From Candidatus Anstonellales archaeon (GTDB taxonomy: Archaea; Micrarchaeota; Micrarchaeia; Anstonellales; J096): a stretch of DNA of 64,000 nt. Positions 28,314 through 38,386 of the stretch are shown here, one piece after another; position 1 is the stretch's first letter, and every line of letters starts with the position of its first letter. The DNA is taken from the NCBI GenBank assembly GCA_038890615.1, contig JAWAFI010000001.1:304843-368842 (forward strand), read 5' to 3'. The translations under genes and the position numbers were made by a program. The notes beneath the pieces were generated by a model that was not told the origin of the DNA, did no database searches, and worked only from the letters and a program-made list of their open reading frames with translations.

Positions 28314-29968
28314 TTGCTCTGCTGCTTTTCAGTACCATAAGCGCCCTGAGAATCGATTACTACGCAACCGCTGAAAACCTTACTGCATATGTTTTCAGCG
28401 AGCCATTGGAAGCAGAGCTGCTGGTTTCTGATTCCCCATACTGCGAAAAATTCTACATATACAGGCCGCAGCGCTCAGTCGGGCTTTCATCCTTCCAGTC
28501 TTTCTTGGAAAAGGCATCTTATTCTGAGAGGCTTGGAATCCAAATTGAGCAGACTTCTGTGCTTGAGCACCCAGGTGGGACAGTTATCCTTCCCACAGGT
28601 GCTGTCCCTGAAAACCTTTCAAACACCACCAGCTACATCCTGATAGGCATCCCTTCAATGTGCTTCAATTCCTCAGCCATTGAAATATGCGAGCCGCCAA
28701 AACTGCTTTACTCTACAGGCACCCTCCCAGATGACACCTCTTCTTCTGCCATAGACAAGGTCCTTCTCTATGAGCCATGGCACACATCCAAGATATACAA
28801 CATATCTGGGAAGATCATATCAACAAAGCCGCACAGCCATTCCCGCATTATACTGAAGTCACCTTTCGCAAAGGCGTACACCCTAAGCCCCCCTAATATC
28901 CAGGGGCTCTTTATCAGTGCCCATCCGAACCAATCAATCAACATTCTTTCAGTCCAGAATTCAAGAGAGGCACTTGTAACAATATTTTCAAACAGCCAGC
29001 CCAAAACATCAGCCCATCCAACAGACAACGGGCTTCTCCGCTATTCTGTTTCATTCGAAGAGCCAGGCGACTATGCCATCATAATAAAAGGAAACAAGGA
29101 AGAATTCAGAATAGTGCACATATACAACTTATCTATTGCACAGGAAAAGGACGAGCTGAGGATAACTTTGGACGGTTCAGAATATAATGGTCCTGCCACT
29201 CTGTTTTTTGCTAATGGCTCAAATTCAACTACAACAGTTTCAGGCGGCCGCCTGCGCACAACCCCAGCGCTTGCTGCCGTAAGCATAATGGGGCAGGTTT
29301 ATGAGGTTAAGCAAAGTTCCTCTCCGCCATTCCAATACATTGCTGTTCTTCTTGCCATATTATTTTTCCTAGGGGTAGTATTCCTGGCGAAGCCCTACAA
29401 GCCATCATTTTATACTATAAGGTTCCATGAAAAAGTGGCAATAAGCAGGCAACCTCTTAAGGTGAGCCCCAAAAGCATAATCAAGGCATTTGAGCTAGCT
29501 AATTCGAAAAGAGGGTGGTCGAAGGTTGCTCTTTATCCTGAAGAGATAGCAGAGCAGGTTGCTGAAAGCTATTCCCAGAGGCAAGTAATTGAGGCAGCAA
29601 ACATAGAGTCGGTGCTGCTTAAAATGGAAAAGCACGGGGTCCAGCACCACAACCACATCTACTCATTAAGGCAATGGGGCGATGCAAAGACACTTGCGTC
29701 CAAGAGGGAAATAAGGGACATACTTGTGCTCAAAGGCATAAAATTCAAAGAAACCAAGGAAGGGTTCAGGACGCCAAAAGGGCTCATAACAACCTCTACA
29801 AACCCAGACACATTCCCCTCAATTATTGTTTTTGATTCAGCACGCGAAAAGAGAGAAGCCCTTTCAGGGGCAAATATACCTCCAAAGAAGCTTGCCAAGT
29901 TCCTGCTCATGGAAAAATCCGGTTCCCTGCAGTTCTTCACTAAGAAGGAGCTTAGGGAGCGCTTATGA
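28292..29968 (+). CDS. Single-pass membrane protein (extracellular N-domain, cytoplasmic C-domain)
   Basis: Signal peptide and a central TM helix (FQYIAVLLAILFFLGVVFLA). Confidence 0.65.
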   Translation: MAADKILIALLLFSTISALRIDYYATAENLTAYVFSEPLEAELLVSDSPYCEKFYIYRPQRSVGLSSFQSFLEKASYSERLGIQIEQTSVLEHPGGTVILPTGAVPENLSNTTSYILIGIPSMCFNSSAIEICEPPKLLYSTGTLPDDTSSSAIDKVLLYEPWHTSKIYNISGKIISTKPHSHSRIILKSPFAKAYTLSPPNIQGLFISAHPNQSINILSVQNSREALVTIFSNSQPKTSAHPTDNGLLRYSVSFEEPGDYAIIIKGNKEEFRIVHIYNLSIAQEKDELRITLDGSEYNGPATLFFANGSNSTTTVSGGRLRTTPALAAVSIMGQVYEVKQSSSPPFQYIAVLLAILFFLGVVFLAKPYKPSFYTIRFHEKVAISRQPLKVSPKSIIKAFELANSKRGWSKVALYPEEIAEQVAESYSQRQVIEAANIESVLLKMEKHGVQHHNHIYSLRQWGDAKTLASKREIRDILVLKGIKFKETKEGFRTPKGLITTSTNPDTFPSIIVFDSAREKREALSGANIPPKKLAKFLLMEKSGSLQFFTKKELRERL

Positions 29969-31095
29969 TATTGCTTTTCTTTCTCCTTGCCCTCCCTCCT
30001 ATTGAGGAGGTCTCAACCCATAATGATGGGATTGCTGCTTCATTGGTGAATACCAACGCAATGGATAATGGCTTGCGAGGGAGCCCTTCCGACCCAGTGC
30101 CTTATGCAGTTGCAGGCATAGCTGGCCCATACCCAATGGTTGACAACAGGGTTTCCTCAATAAACAACTTCAAGACACTCTGGTTCATGGGCTACAGGTA
30201 TGAGAAGCATGTATTGGAATACTACAAGCACGGATGCTGCATTGACACAGAGCAGGCAACAAGCCTTGGCCCGCCAGATATAAAGATAAATATAACATTT
30301 TCGTTCCTGAACAACTCCACAACAGTTGAATCCCCTCCCAATCCTGTGCTCCCCCCATTTTCCAGCAGCTTCCTGAACCTAAGCCGCAACGACACTGTTT
30401 CTATTGAGCTAAATGCTACAATGGTTTTCCCCTACTTGCAGGTTTTTTACATAGAGGAAGAGGTAACAGTGTGCGATGAGAACGGAGCCTGCCACTGCTC
30501 CTGCATAGGGTATGAAATACAAAAAGAGGTCAACATAACAAAGAGATTCCATGATCGCAAGGAATATATTGTTGAAGGGGGAGCACCTCTCCCTTTCCAG
30601 CACATCCCGCCGCTCCTTGAGCAGGAAACCGCAGAATCATCCTTTGCGTCATGCATATTCACCAACCGCTTCTTTTACAACATAAGCGCCCAAAACCATT
30701 CCTGCCTGCTTTACAGCTTCTCCATAAACGAAAGCCCTATTTCTTTCCAGAGCATAAGCTCAGAAAGGAGCCCTTCCCAATGCCTTGAATCAGCAGAGAA
30801 AAGAGTACCTTACCCAATCCTCCAGCAGAACGACTCATACATACTGCTATATTGCATAAATGCTTCCTATCCTTCATTCGGCGTCCACAAAGCAACGCTT
30901 TCATCAACCGACCACTTCGGGAACTCTTTTTACTGGGAGTATACCATCACTACCCACAACCAATCTTCCTGCAACGGCAATTTCTCCCGTTTGGCTTATT
31001 GCCAGCAGTATGAGCCAAAATACCAAAACATATGCAGCTCCATTGCCCTTGCCATAATTTTAGGCATGCCTAAAATAATTAGGTTTATAAAGTAG
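29965..31095 (+). CDS. Cys-rich exported/membrane hypothetical protein
   Basis: Hydrophobic N- and C-termini, many Cys, N-glycosylation sequons. Confidence 0.6.
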   Translation: MILLFFLLALPPIEEVSTHNDGIAASLVNTNAMDNGLRGSPSDPVPYAVAGIAGPYPMVDNRVSSINNFKTLWFMGYRYEKHVLEYYKHGCCIDTEQATSLGPPDIKINITFSFLNNSTTVESPPNPVLPPFSSSFLNLSRNDTVSIELNATMVFPYLQVFYIEEEVTVCDENGACHCSCIGYEIQKEVNITKRFHDRKEYIVEGGAPLPFQHIPPLLEQETAESSFASCIFTNRFFYNISAQNHSCLLYSFSINESPISFQSISSERSPSQCLESAEKRVPYPILQQNDSYILLYCINASYPSFGVHKATLSSTDHFGNSFYWEYTITTHNQSSCNGNFSRLAYCQQYEPKYQNICSSIALAIILGMPKIIRFIK

Positions 31096-31194
31096 GCCAT
31101 AAAAATATAGCCGATGAAAAGGGCTTTTGCAATCCAAAGGAATTCTGCGCTTGTTTCCTTAGGCTCATTTTCCGACCTTAAAAAGGTGAAATAA

Positions 31195-31230
31195 ATGGCA
31201 GCAAAGAAGAAAGCAAAAAAGAAGAAATAA
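31195..31230 (+). CDS. Putative 11-aa Lys-rich micropeptide MAAKKKAKKKK
   Basis: Strong SD AGGTGA at 31184-31189, ATG 31195, TAA 31228; lies in otherwise empty intergenic space. Confidence 0.55.
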   Translation: MAAKKKAKKKK

Positions 31231-31309
31231 TGGCTTGTTTTGCCACCAATAACCTTTAACCTTTGTTTTTTCAAAACCTTTTTATACCTCCATGCTTTTC
31301 ATATATCGA

Positions 31310-31735
31310 ATGGAGTACGTGATTGTAGGAGTTGATCCTGGGCAAAATCTTGGCTATGCTCTGCTTTCCCTTGACGGTAAAAAGATCGCAAGCGGCTCAA
31401 TAAAGGGCGGCTCGATAAACAACTTCATTTCAATGCTTCAAGGATATGCTCCTGTGCTTGTTGCAACTGATGTTAAGAAGCCGAGCTCAAAAGTCAGAAA
31501 GATAGCTTCTGCCCTTGGGGTAAAAGTATTCAGGCTAAGGAGGAATTTAACGCTTGAGGAGAAGTGCAGAGCTTCTGACTTTTCAGACCCGCATGAAAGG
31601 GACGCTTATGCTGCTGCACGCAAGGCCTACAACCACTACCTAAATGCATTTAGGCACATAGAGAAAGTGTACCCAACGGGCGGGGATGAAAGAAAGAAAA
31701 ACATAGTAAGCGGAAGGAGAAGGTCTCAAGGGTAA
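31310..31735 (+). CDS. DUF460-like RNase H-fold protein
   Basis: IVGVDPG, PVLVATDV, EEK, HERDA.AAA.KAY. Confidence 0.8.
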   Translation: MEYVIVGVDPGQNLGYALLSLDGKKIASGSIKGGSINNFISMLQGYAPVLVATDVKKPSSKVRKIASALGVKVFRLRRNLTLEEKCRASDFSDPHERDAYAAARKAYNHYLNAFRHIEKVYPTGGDERKKNIVSGRRRSQG

Positions 31736-32892
31736 GCGGCCTCAACCTTGCCTTTTGCGACGCATCCAGGCCCTATAAAAGCCCCTTCTTCTACCAAAGT
31801 GCCAGGCATTATGCTTGCGTTTACCCCTATCTGCACCCTATCCCCTACAACTGCACCAAACTTCACTCTCCCAGTGCCTACAAACCTCCCGTTGGAGGGG
31901 CATTTGACTTCATTCCTGTCAAACCTCAGGTTTGCTATCATAGAGCCGCCTCCAAAATTTACATCCCTGCCAACAACGCTATCCCCTATGTAGCTAAGGT
32001 GCTTTGCCTTTGTGCCTTGCATAATTATGCTATTTTTGACTATCGTGCCAAAGCCTATCTCTACCCCATCCATAAGGCATACAGCACCGTTGAGCATGCT
32101 ATTTGGCCCAACAACGCAGCCCTTCCCTATATAAGCGTTTCCATATATGAAAGAACCCTCCACTATAGCCCCCTCTTCAACAACCACATTACCTTTAACC
32201 TTTGTCCCACTCACCCTTCCCTTAACCTTTGTCTTCATGCCAGAAAGCTCAAGCTCGTTTGCCTTAAGCACATCCCATGGATAGCCCATATCAATCCATT
32301 CACCTTTCATCATGTAAATGCGAGAGCCTTTTACTACATCAGTAATATAGACCTCCCCGTTATTTTGCTCCTTTGCTTTTTCCAGCAATTCAAAAACCCC
32401 CGGGTCAAAAACATAGATTGAGGTGTTTACAAGCCCTTTCCCCTTTTCTTTCTCGTCTATTCTTGCAACCCTGCCTTCCTTGACTACTACCTTGCCATAC
32501 CTTTCCCCAGCATCAGCCTCCTTTACAGATACCACCCAGCCTCCGCCTGATTTGACAACACCCTTTATGTCCCTTGCCTCGCAATAAGTATCCACTGCAA
32601 TTGCCAAAAAGCTTCCATCAACCTCATTCCTTGCGCTCCACAAAGCCCCTCCGCTCCCGCACTTCTTCTGCACAATATGCTTCGCTCCCAGCCGCCTTGC
32701 CTCCTTTTCAATCCCCCCCTCACCACTACCTACCACCACAATGTCTTCAATGCCAGCAGCCCTCATCTTCCTTACCAAATTGCCAAGCATTGTGCCCCCT
32801 GCATAAGGGATCAGAGGCTTTGGCTGTGTTATTGGCCACATCCGCTTCCCCTTTCCTCCTGCAAGGATTATGCCTTTCGTCACCTTATACAT
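31726..32892 (-). CDS. GlmU-like sugar-1-phosphate nucleotidyltransferase/acetyltransferase
   Basis: ILAGGKGKRM.P...PKPL, hexapeptide repeats, HLSYIGDS, ANLRFD. Confidence 0.9.
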   Translation of the reverse strand: MYKVTKGIILAGGKGKRMWPITQPKPLIPYAGGTMLGNLVRKMRAAGIEDIVVVGSGEGGIEKEARRLGAKHIVQKKCGSGGALWSARNEVDGSFLAIAVDTYCEARDIKGVVKSGGGWVVSVKEADAGERYGKVVVKEGRVARIDEKEKGKGLVNTSIYVFDPGVFELLEKAKEQNNGEVYITDVVKGSRIYMMKGEWIDMGYPWDVLKANELELSGMKTKVKGRVSGTKVKGNVVVEEGAIVEGSFIYGNAYIGKGCVVGPNSMLNGAVCLMDGVEIGFGTIVKNSIIMQGTKAKHLSYIGDSVVGRDVNFGGGSMIANLRFDRNEVKCPSNGRFVGTGRVKFGAVVGDRVQIGVNASIMPGTLVEEGAFIGPGCVAKGKVEAAYP

Positions 32893-34018
32893 ACTTCCTG
32901 CCCCACATCTCCTTGGCAAGCTTTCCTGTCTTCATGTATTTCTCTACTTTCCCCCTGTCCATGTTCTTTCTGAGCTTGCCAAGCATAAGGTTTATCTTCT
33001 CAATCACAAAAGCCTTCATCTCGCCGCTGGTAATATCTCCTTTCCTGTAGCCCTCTTCTATTTCCTTTATTCGCCTGTCATCTTCCTCAAAAAAATAGTA
33101 TAGCCACTGGAAAGGGACATCAACCTCAACCCTGCCGCCAAGCTTCCTGTGCTCTTCAAGCGTATCCCTTCCTCCGGAAAAGGCATACTTGTTCACTTTC
33201 CTTTCAACGGTTTTCTCATCATCATCAACCCATATTCCGCTGTTGGCATCGGATGAGCTCATCTTACCATCAACTCCCTGCAATGGAGGCAGGAATTTGC
33301 TGTGTATTATGCTCGCTTTCTGGCCAAAGCTTTCTGCGATGTCGCGCTGTATCCTCCAGTAAGGGTCTTGGTCTATTCCGCAAGGTATAAGACACCTCTT
33401 CTGCTCAAAAAAAGTAGGCACTATCTGATATGCTGGGTAAAATATGATCCCTATATTGCTTTCCCCACTGAAGCCAAACACAGCCTTTGCGCTGCTGAAG
33501 TTGATTTTTTTTGCTATCCTCGCAAGCATAGGATAAACATTGCCTATGTACTCACTGTCCTTGAATATAAAGGTCTTGTCAGGGTCGAACCCAACCCCGC
33601 TTATAACCTCTATATTGTTGGCTGACATCTTATCCAGCTCATCCCACCTTTCAATATCCTTTACAAACAGCTTCTCATCATCGCTTATTGCTATGTAGAC
33701 ATTGACCCCAAACACCTTCTGGAGCCATGCGCTGAAGAAAAAAGGCGCGATATGCCCTATATGCATTCTTCCTGATGGGCCCCTTCCTGTATAAACAAAG
33801 AAGCTCTTTCCCCTTTCCAAACCCTCAACCACCTTATCAAGGTCCCTGTGCGAAAAGAAATACCTCCTTCTGAGCATCACATGGCTTTCGCCAGCCATGG
33901 CTTCCAGCTTATTGGCAAGCTCATCCCCTATAACCTGAGTCCCGAACTTCTGCACCAGCTTGCTGTAATCTACAGAGCCCTTTACTTCCCAGGGGGTTAC
34001 TTCAAAGTCCTTTGTCAT
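32885..34018 (-). CDS. trpS: Tryptophan--tRNA ligase
   Basis: VTPWEV, YTGRGPS..MHIGH, DQDPYWR, KMSSS, AFSGG. Confidence 0.97.
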   Translation of the reverse strand: MTKDFEVTPWEVKGSVDYSKLVQKFGTQVIGDELANKLEAMAGESHVMLRRRYFFSHRDLDKVVEGLERGKSFFVYTGRGPSGRMHIGHIAPFFFSAWLQKVFGVNVYIAISDDEKLFVKDIERWDELDKMSANNIEVISGVGFDPDKTFIFKDSEYIGNVYPMLARIAKKINFSSAKAVFGFSGESNIGIIFYPAYQIVPTFFEQKRCLIPCGIDQDPYWRIQRDIAESFGQKASIIHSKFLPPLQGVDGKMSSSDANSGIWVDDDEKTVERKVNKYAFSGGRDTLEEHRKLGGRVEVDVPFQWLYYFFEEDDRRIKEIEEGYRKGDITSGEMKAFVIEKINLMLGKLRKNMDRGKVEKYMKTGKLAKEMWGRKYV

Positions 34019-34719
34019 AGATACTTCTGTATTTCTTCTTCAGACAGGAACTGGAAGACTTTTTTATCCTCCTTCCCTACAGTTATCTCTATGTCTGAAG
34101 AGCCTATTTTCTGCTCAACGCTTTTCTTTATGCCTGCAACAACAAGCCTAATTGCGCCATCTATGCTCATCTCTTTCTTATACTCTTTCTCAAGCATTGC
34201 CATCACTTCATCCTTTCCGCTGCCTATTGCATCAGCCATATACCCAGTTATCGCCCCGCTTGGCTCTATTTCATAAAGCTTGTTCTCCCCATCTAACCCT
34301 CCAACCAGAAGGGAGACCCCGAATGGCCTTGCCCCCCCATACTGCGTGTAGGCCTGCATTGTGTCACCTAAGCTTTTGCTCAATCCATAGACGCTTATTG
34401 GCTCGTTGTAAACCATTCTATGCTTGTTTGCCTCATTCCTAGCATAATCCACCAGCCTTCTTGCGTCTGCTATGAGCCCGCTTGCAGCAATGCAGATGTG
34501 GTCATCAACAACAAATACCTTATGCAGAGATGAAGGGACTGCCAAAGGGCTGGGGGATGTTTTGTGCGCGCCCATCACCAAACCCCCATCAACAACAACC
34601 CCTAGGGCAATTGAGCCCCTTTTCACTGCTTCTTTCGCATAAGAGACCTGAAAGAGCCTTCCGTCAGGGCTAAATACAGTGATAGCCCTGTCATATGCCT
34701 GAGGAGATATTCCGTACAT
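34015..34719 (-). CDS. psmA: Proteasome alpha subunit
   Basis: YDRAITVFSPDGRLFQV, TQYGG.RPFGVSLL. Confidence 0.97.
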   Translation of the reverse strand: MYGISPQAYDRAITVFSPDGRLFQVSYAKEAVKRGSIALGVVVDGGLVMGAHKTSPSPLAVPSSLHKVFVVDDHICIAASGLIADARRLVDYARNEANKHRMVYNEPISVYGLSKSLGDTMQAYTQYGGARPFGVSLLVGGLDGENKLYEIEPSGAITGYMADAIGSGKDEVMAMLEKEYKKEMSIDGAIRLVVAGIKKSVEQKIGSSDIEITVGKEDKKVFQFLSEEEIQKYL

Positions 34720-34824
34720 GCCTAAAACAAAGGCACCCTATTTTAAAATCTTTTGCAGGGGTCATAAAAGCCAATGCATTCACCAAAACCGAAAGCTTAT
34801 AAATTAACAATACAACAGTATTGC

Positions 34825-35259
34825 ATGAATAAGGGTGTTGAAGCAGCAATAGAGTTTGAGTTTTATTTCAACCGCTCCTTGCCTTTCATAGGTGTGCTCC
34901 TATTGGTAAGCGCAACCACAGGGCTTATGAGGATATTCAACAGCCCTTTCCCTGATTTTGCACTCTTGCTGCTCTATACGACAATAACAATGCTGCAGGC
35001 AGCCACGATGCTCAGGAAATACGACCCCTTCACCACTTCCGAGATTGTTAGCTTCACATTGCTCTATACGCACCCAATCAATTCATTAATCGGCATATGC
35101 GTCGGCATATTTACTTCAAACTACATTGCATCTGGGCTATCTTTCATATGGCTCTTCATAGGTTTCCCAGCTCTCCAGCATTTTTCTGCAGCGCTTACAA
35201 TGATGCTCTATTCCCCCAAGAAGAAAGTCAGCCCCATGCTTCAATCCTTAATTCCTTAA
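34825..35259 (+). CDS. Small multi-pass membrane protein
   Basis: About 4 hydrophobic helices; TATA TTATAAAT about 25 bp upstream. Confidence 0.6.
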   Translation: MNKGVEAAIEFEFYFNRSLPFIGVLLLVSATTGLMRIFNSPFPDFALLLLYTTITMLQAATMLRKYDPFTTSEIVSFTLLYTHPINSLIGICVGIFTSNYIASGLSFIWLFIGFPALQHFSAALTMMLYSPKKKVSPMLQSLIP

Positions 35260-35857
35260 CTCCCTCTGACTCTGCGATCTCTTTCATAGATTTTGCAAAG
35301 CCAACAGGGCCGCATATATAAGCAATATCCCAAGAATCCTTATGCTTTGCTACAAGAGCTGCATTTATCCTCCCTTTCTCATACTCCCATCCTTCTGGGG
35401 CGCTCCCAGTCACCGTAAGCACTACCCTGCTCCTTTTCAGCCCAAGAAGCTCTTCCTTAAAAGGGAAGTACCCCTCTCTGCATGAGTAGAATATAGTGCC
35501 TTTCCCAACCCCCCTTAGCTCCATGTCCTTTACAATTCCCCTGATAGGGGCTATCCCGCTGCCTGCTGCGAAGAAGGCCTGCCTTGACCCTCCGTAAACA
35601 AAATCCCCAAACGGCCCTTCGATACCTACAATATCCCCTGCCTTTATGCTTCTAAGGGCATTGCTCATCTCCCCAAGGCCAAGCTTAACCAGAAACAAGA
35701 TGCTTTCTTCAAGAGGGGAAGAGGCAGCTGAGTAAGGCCTCTTTATGCCTTTGTATTCAACAACAAAATACTGGCCTGCTCGGTATTCACAGACCTTTTC
35801 CACTTTCAAGTAAAGATAGCCGCTCTCAAAAAGAACTTCCAATGCTTTTGCTTGCAT
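35228..35857 (-). CDS. FAD/NAD(P)-binding oxidoreductase (FNR-like)
   Basis: RPYS, G.MS, GPFG.F, AAGSGIAP, YICGP. Confidence 0.9.
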   Translation of the reverse strand: MQAKALEVLFESGYLYLKVEKVCEYRAGQYFVVEYKGIKRPYSAASSPLEESILFLVKLGLGEMSNALRSIKAGDIVGIEGPFGDFVYGGSRQAFFAAGSGIAPIRGIVKDMELRGVGKGTIFYSCREGYFPFKEELLGLKRSRVVLTVTGSAPEGWEYEKGRINAALVAKHKDSWDIAYICGPVGFAKSMKEIAESEGVKELRIEAWG

Positions 35858-35898
35858 GTTTTACCTTCCCACCCCTTATTTAAGCGTTGTTGTCCTTG

Positions 35899-37170
35899 CT
35901 AGCCAAAGTTCTTGACCATCTTTTCCAGCTCACCCCTTAGCTTCCTGTCCTTCTTTACCTTATCAAAGAGCTTCTTCATTTTCTCAAACTCTTTTATGAA
36001 TGAAGCAACATCCTTTTCCCCAACTCCTGCGCCCTTGGCAATCCTTGCCATCCTTGACTTGCTTTTTTTGACTATCTCAACATCCTTCCTCTCCTCTTTT
36101 GTCATTGATTCGATGATTGCGATAATCTTCTTCATTTTCTCTGCTGCCTCATCCTTCTTCGCTTTCATCCCAACCATTGAGAAAAGCTGGTCTAGAGGGC
36201 CTGCCTTCCTTGCCTGCTTTATCTGCTGGAGAAGCACATCTGCTGTTATCTCCTCAGGGATTTCTTGGGCTTCTATTCCTGCTTCCTTGAATTTCTCCAT
36301 TATTGCCTTTATGTCCGGCATGCCTAGGAGCCGCGCTATGTAGCTTTTTGGGTCATATTCCTCAAAATCGCCTACTTTCTCCCCTGTTCCTATGAATGCT
36401 ACCTTTGCGCCTGCTGCTGATGCGCTGCTAAGCGCAGCCCCCCCTTTTCCGCTCCCATCAACTCTTGTGACGATAAGCGCGCTAAGCGGAACTGCCTCCC
36501 TAAACGCAATTGCCTGTGCCTTTGCCTCCTGCCCCATGTCAGCAGAAACAACAAGAAAAACCTCATCTGGCTTTGCAAGCTCATAAGTCCTCTGCAGGTC
36601 TTTTTTCAGCCTTTCGTCCATCCCATCCCTGCCTGCACTGTCCACAATCACAACATCCTCCTTTATTCCTGAAATCACTGAAGGCAATTCCTCAATGCCC
36701 TCCTTTATGCCATAATACCTTACCCCATTTTCCTCAGCAAGCTGCCTCAGCTGATCGAGCGCAGCAGGCCTTGATAAGTCTGCACCCAATACAGCTGCAC
36801 TAAGCCCTTTTTTCATCAAGTACTTAGCCAGCTTTACTGCAGTGGTTGTTTTGCCAACCCCATAAATGCCTGCAACCATTATCCTGCCCTTCTTAAGAGG
36901 CATTGTGTAGCCTTCCCCCATTACCTGCACTAGCTTGTCATAAACCACCCTAAGCACATGCTCCCTCAGCGTGAGCCCTTTTTTCAGCTCTTGCGCTAGC
37001 GCCTCCTTCTCTATCTCCTTTCCAAGCTTGAGAACTATCTCAACATCAACATCAGAAGAAATGAGAATCCTTTCAATATCCCTTATTAGCGCTTTAACTG
37101 ACTTTTCATCTACAGCGTGCCTCCTTGCAAAGGAGTCAAGGGCATCCCTTATCTTTTCACCTATGCCCAT
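35899..37170 (-). CDS. srp54: Signal recognition particle protein SRP54
   Basis: G.GKTT, RPAA.DQL, DSAGR, DGSGKGG, GTGEK, SMT.EER, RIAKGAG. Confidence 0.95.
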   Translation of the reverse strand: MGIGEKIRDALDSFARRHAVDEKSVKALIRDIERILISSDVDVEIVLKLGKEIEKEALAQELKKGLTLREHVLRVVYDKLVQVMGEGYTMPLKKGRIMVAGIYGVGKTTTAVKLAKYLMKKGLSAAVLGADLSRPAALDQLRQLAEENGVRYYGIKEGIEELPSVISGIKEDVVIVDSAGRDGMDERLKKDLQRTYELAKPDEVFLVVSADMGQEAKAQAIAFREAVPLSALIVTRVDGSGKGGAALSSASAAGAKVAFIGTGEKVGDFEEYDPKSYIARLLGMPDIKAIMEKFKEAGIEAQEIPEEITADVLLQQIKQARKAGPLDQLFSMVGMKAKKDEAAEKMKKIIAIIESMTKEERKDVEIVKKSKSRMARIAKGAGVGEKDVASFIKEFEKMKKLFDKVKKDRKLRGELEKMVKNFG

Positions 37171-37174
37171 AGAA

Positions 37175-37711
37175 TCAGTTTTCTTCCTTTTCTATAACAA
37201 CTACATCCTCTAGGCTTACTAGCTCTGTGTCTTCTATTCTCTTCCTCCTTACTAGGTCCTTCTTCATCTCCTTTCTCTTCTTTTGGAGGTCAGCTATATT
37301 TTCCCTTATCTCCTTTAGCTGCTTCTCTATCTCTTCTGCCTGTGCGCCTAGATCCTGCAAGTCCTTTTCTATAAACCTCTTTTTCTTCCTTGCCTTTTCT
37401 ATAGGCTCTATCTTTTTAAGCTCCTTTTCAAGGGATTTTATCATCTTCACTATTTCTCTTTCCCTCTTCAAAGTATAGCCCTGCGTAGAAAGCTTGAACT
37501 CAAGCCTAGAAATGGTCTTCCTTATTGGAAGCGTGTTAACCTCTGATGTTTCCTTCAGGAATGGCTCCAATGCCTTAAGCTCATACTTCTTATAGAGAAC
37601 TCTCCTGTTTACCTCCTTTATCTTCTCTATAAGTTCTTTCTTCCTTTCCTCTAATTTTGCTATCTCTCCTTCTAGCTTGCCTATATCATCTATAATCTTT
37701 GGCTCGTCCAT
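37175..37711 (-). CDS. Archaeal coiled-coil protein
   Basis: Heptad E/K-rich sequence; LEF..ST...TL..ERE.V pattern. Confidence 0.7.
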   Translation of the reverse strand: MDEPKIIDDIGKLEGEIAKLEERKKELIEKIKEVNRRVLYKKYELKALEPFLKETSEVNTLPIRKTISRLEFKLSTQGYTLKREREIVKMIKSLEKELKKIEPIEKARKKKRFIEKDLQDLGAQAEEIEKQLKEIRENIADLQKKRKEMKKDLVRRKRIEDTELVSLEDVVVIEKEEN

Positions 37712-37762
37712 GCATTCTCCTCAAAACATAACATTATTAAGGTTTAAAAAACTTCCTAACCT

Positions 37763-38386
37763 ATGCGCTTGGTTTTAGTTGAGCCAGAATACGACATGAA
37801 TGTTGGCGCAGTTTGCCGGGTTATGAAAAACTTTGGCTTCAGTGAGCTTTATCTCGTGCGCCCTGCCTGCCCAATGGGCTTCAACGCAAGAATGTTTGCC
37901 AAGCACGCCACAGACATTCTTGAAAGAGCGCGCATAGTTGGCACTATTGATGAGGCCCTTGAGGGCTTTGTCATAGCCACATCTGGAATAAGGCGCCGCA
38001 ACTCCATCCTTTTGAAGGATTTTGCCCCTCCAAAATCGCCTTACACTCTTATCTTTGGGAGGGAAGGCGAAGGGCTGCATTCAGACGAGCTTGCAAAGGC
38101 AGACGCCCTTGTCCACATAGAAACCTCCCCTGCTTACCCTTCCTTGAATGTTGTAAATGCAGTTGCCATAACCCTATTCCATATATCCTCTTTTCCACCA
38201 GCTCCAAAACATCAGCTATATGAAAAGAAGCTTTCAGCCCTTGTCTCCTTGGCAGAAGAATTAGGAGGAAAGGAGCTCTCAAAAGCAATGCGCTCAATCA
38301 TTGTGCGCTCATCGCCAACTGAGAAGGAGCTCAATGCGATGCTTCGTTTCTTCTCTTCATCAAAGCACAAGAGGCTTACTCAATAA
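37763..38386 (+). CDS. trmJ: TrmJ/TrmH-family SPOUT RNA methyltransferase
   Basis: VLVEP....NVGAVCRVMKNFG, FGRE..GL, YPSLN...AV. Confidence 0.85.
   Translation: MRLVLVEPEYDMNVGAVCRVMKNFGFSELYLVRPACPMGFNARMFAKHATDILERARIVGTIDEALEGFVIATSGIRRRNSILLKDFAPPKSPYTLIFGREGEGLHSDELAKADALVHIETSPAYPSLNVVNAVAITLFHISSFPPAPKHQLYEKKLSALVSLAEELGGKELSKAMRSIIVRSSPTEKELNAMLRFFSSSKHKRLTQ

Noticed and set aside
30996..31274. 92-aa minus-strand ORF with poly-Phe
   Set aside because: Antisense reading of the Lys-rich micropeptide region; no supporting features.
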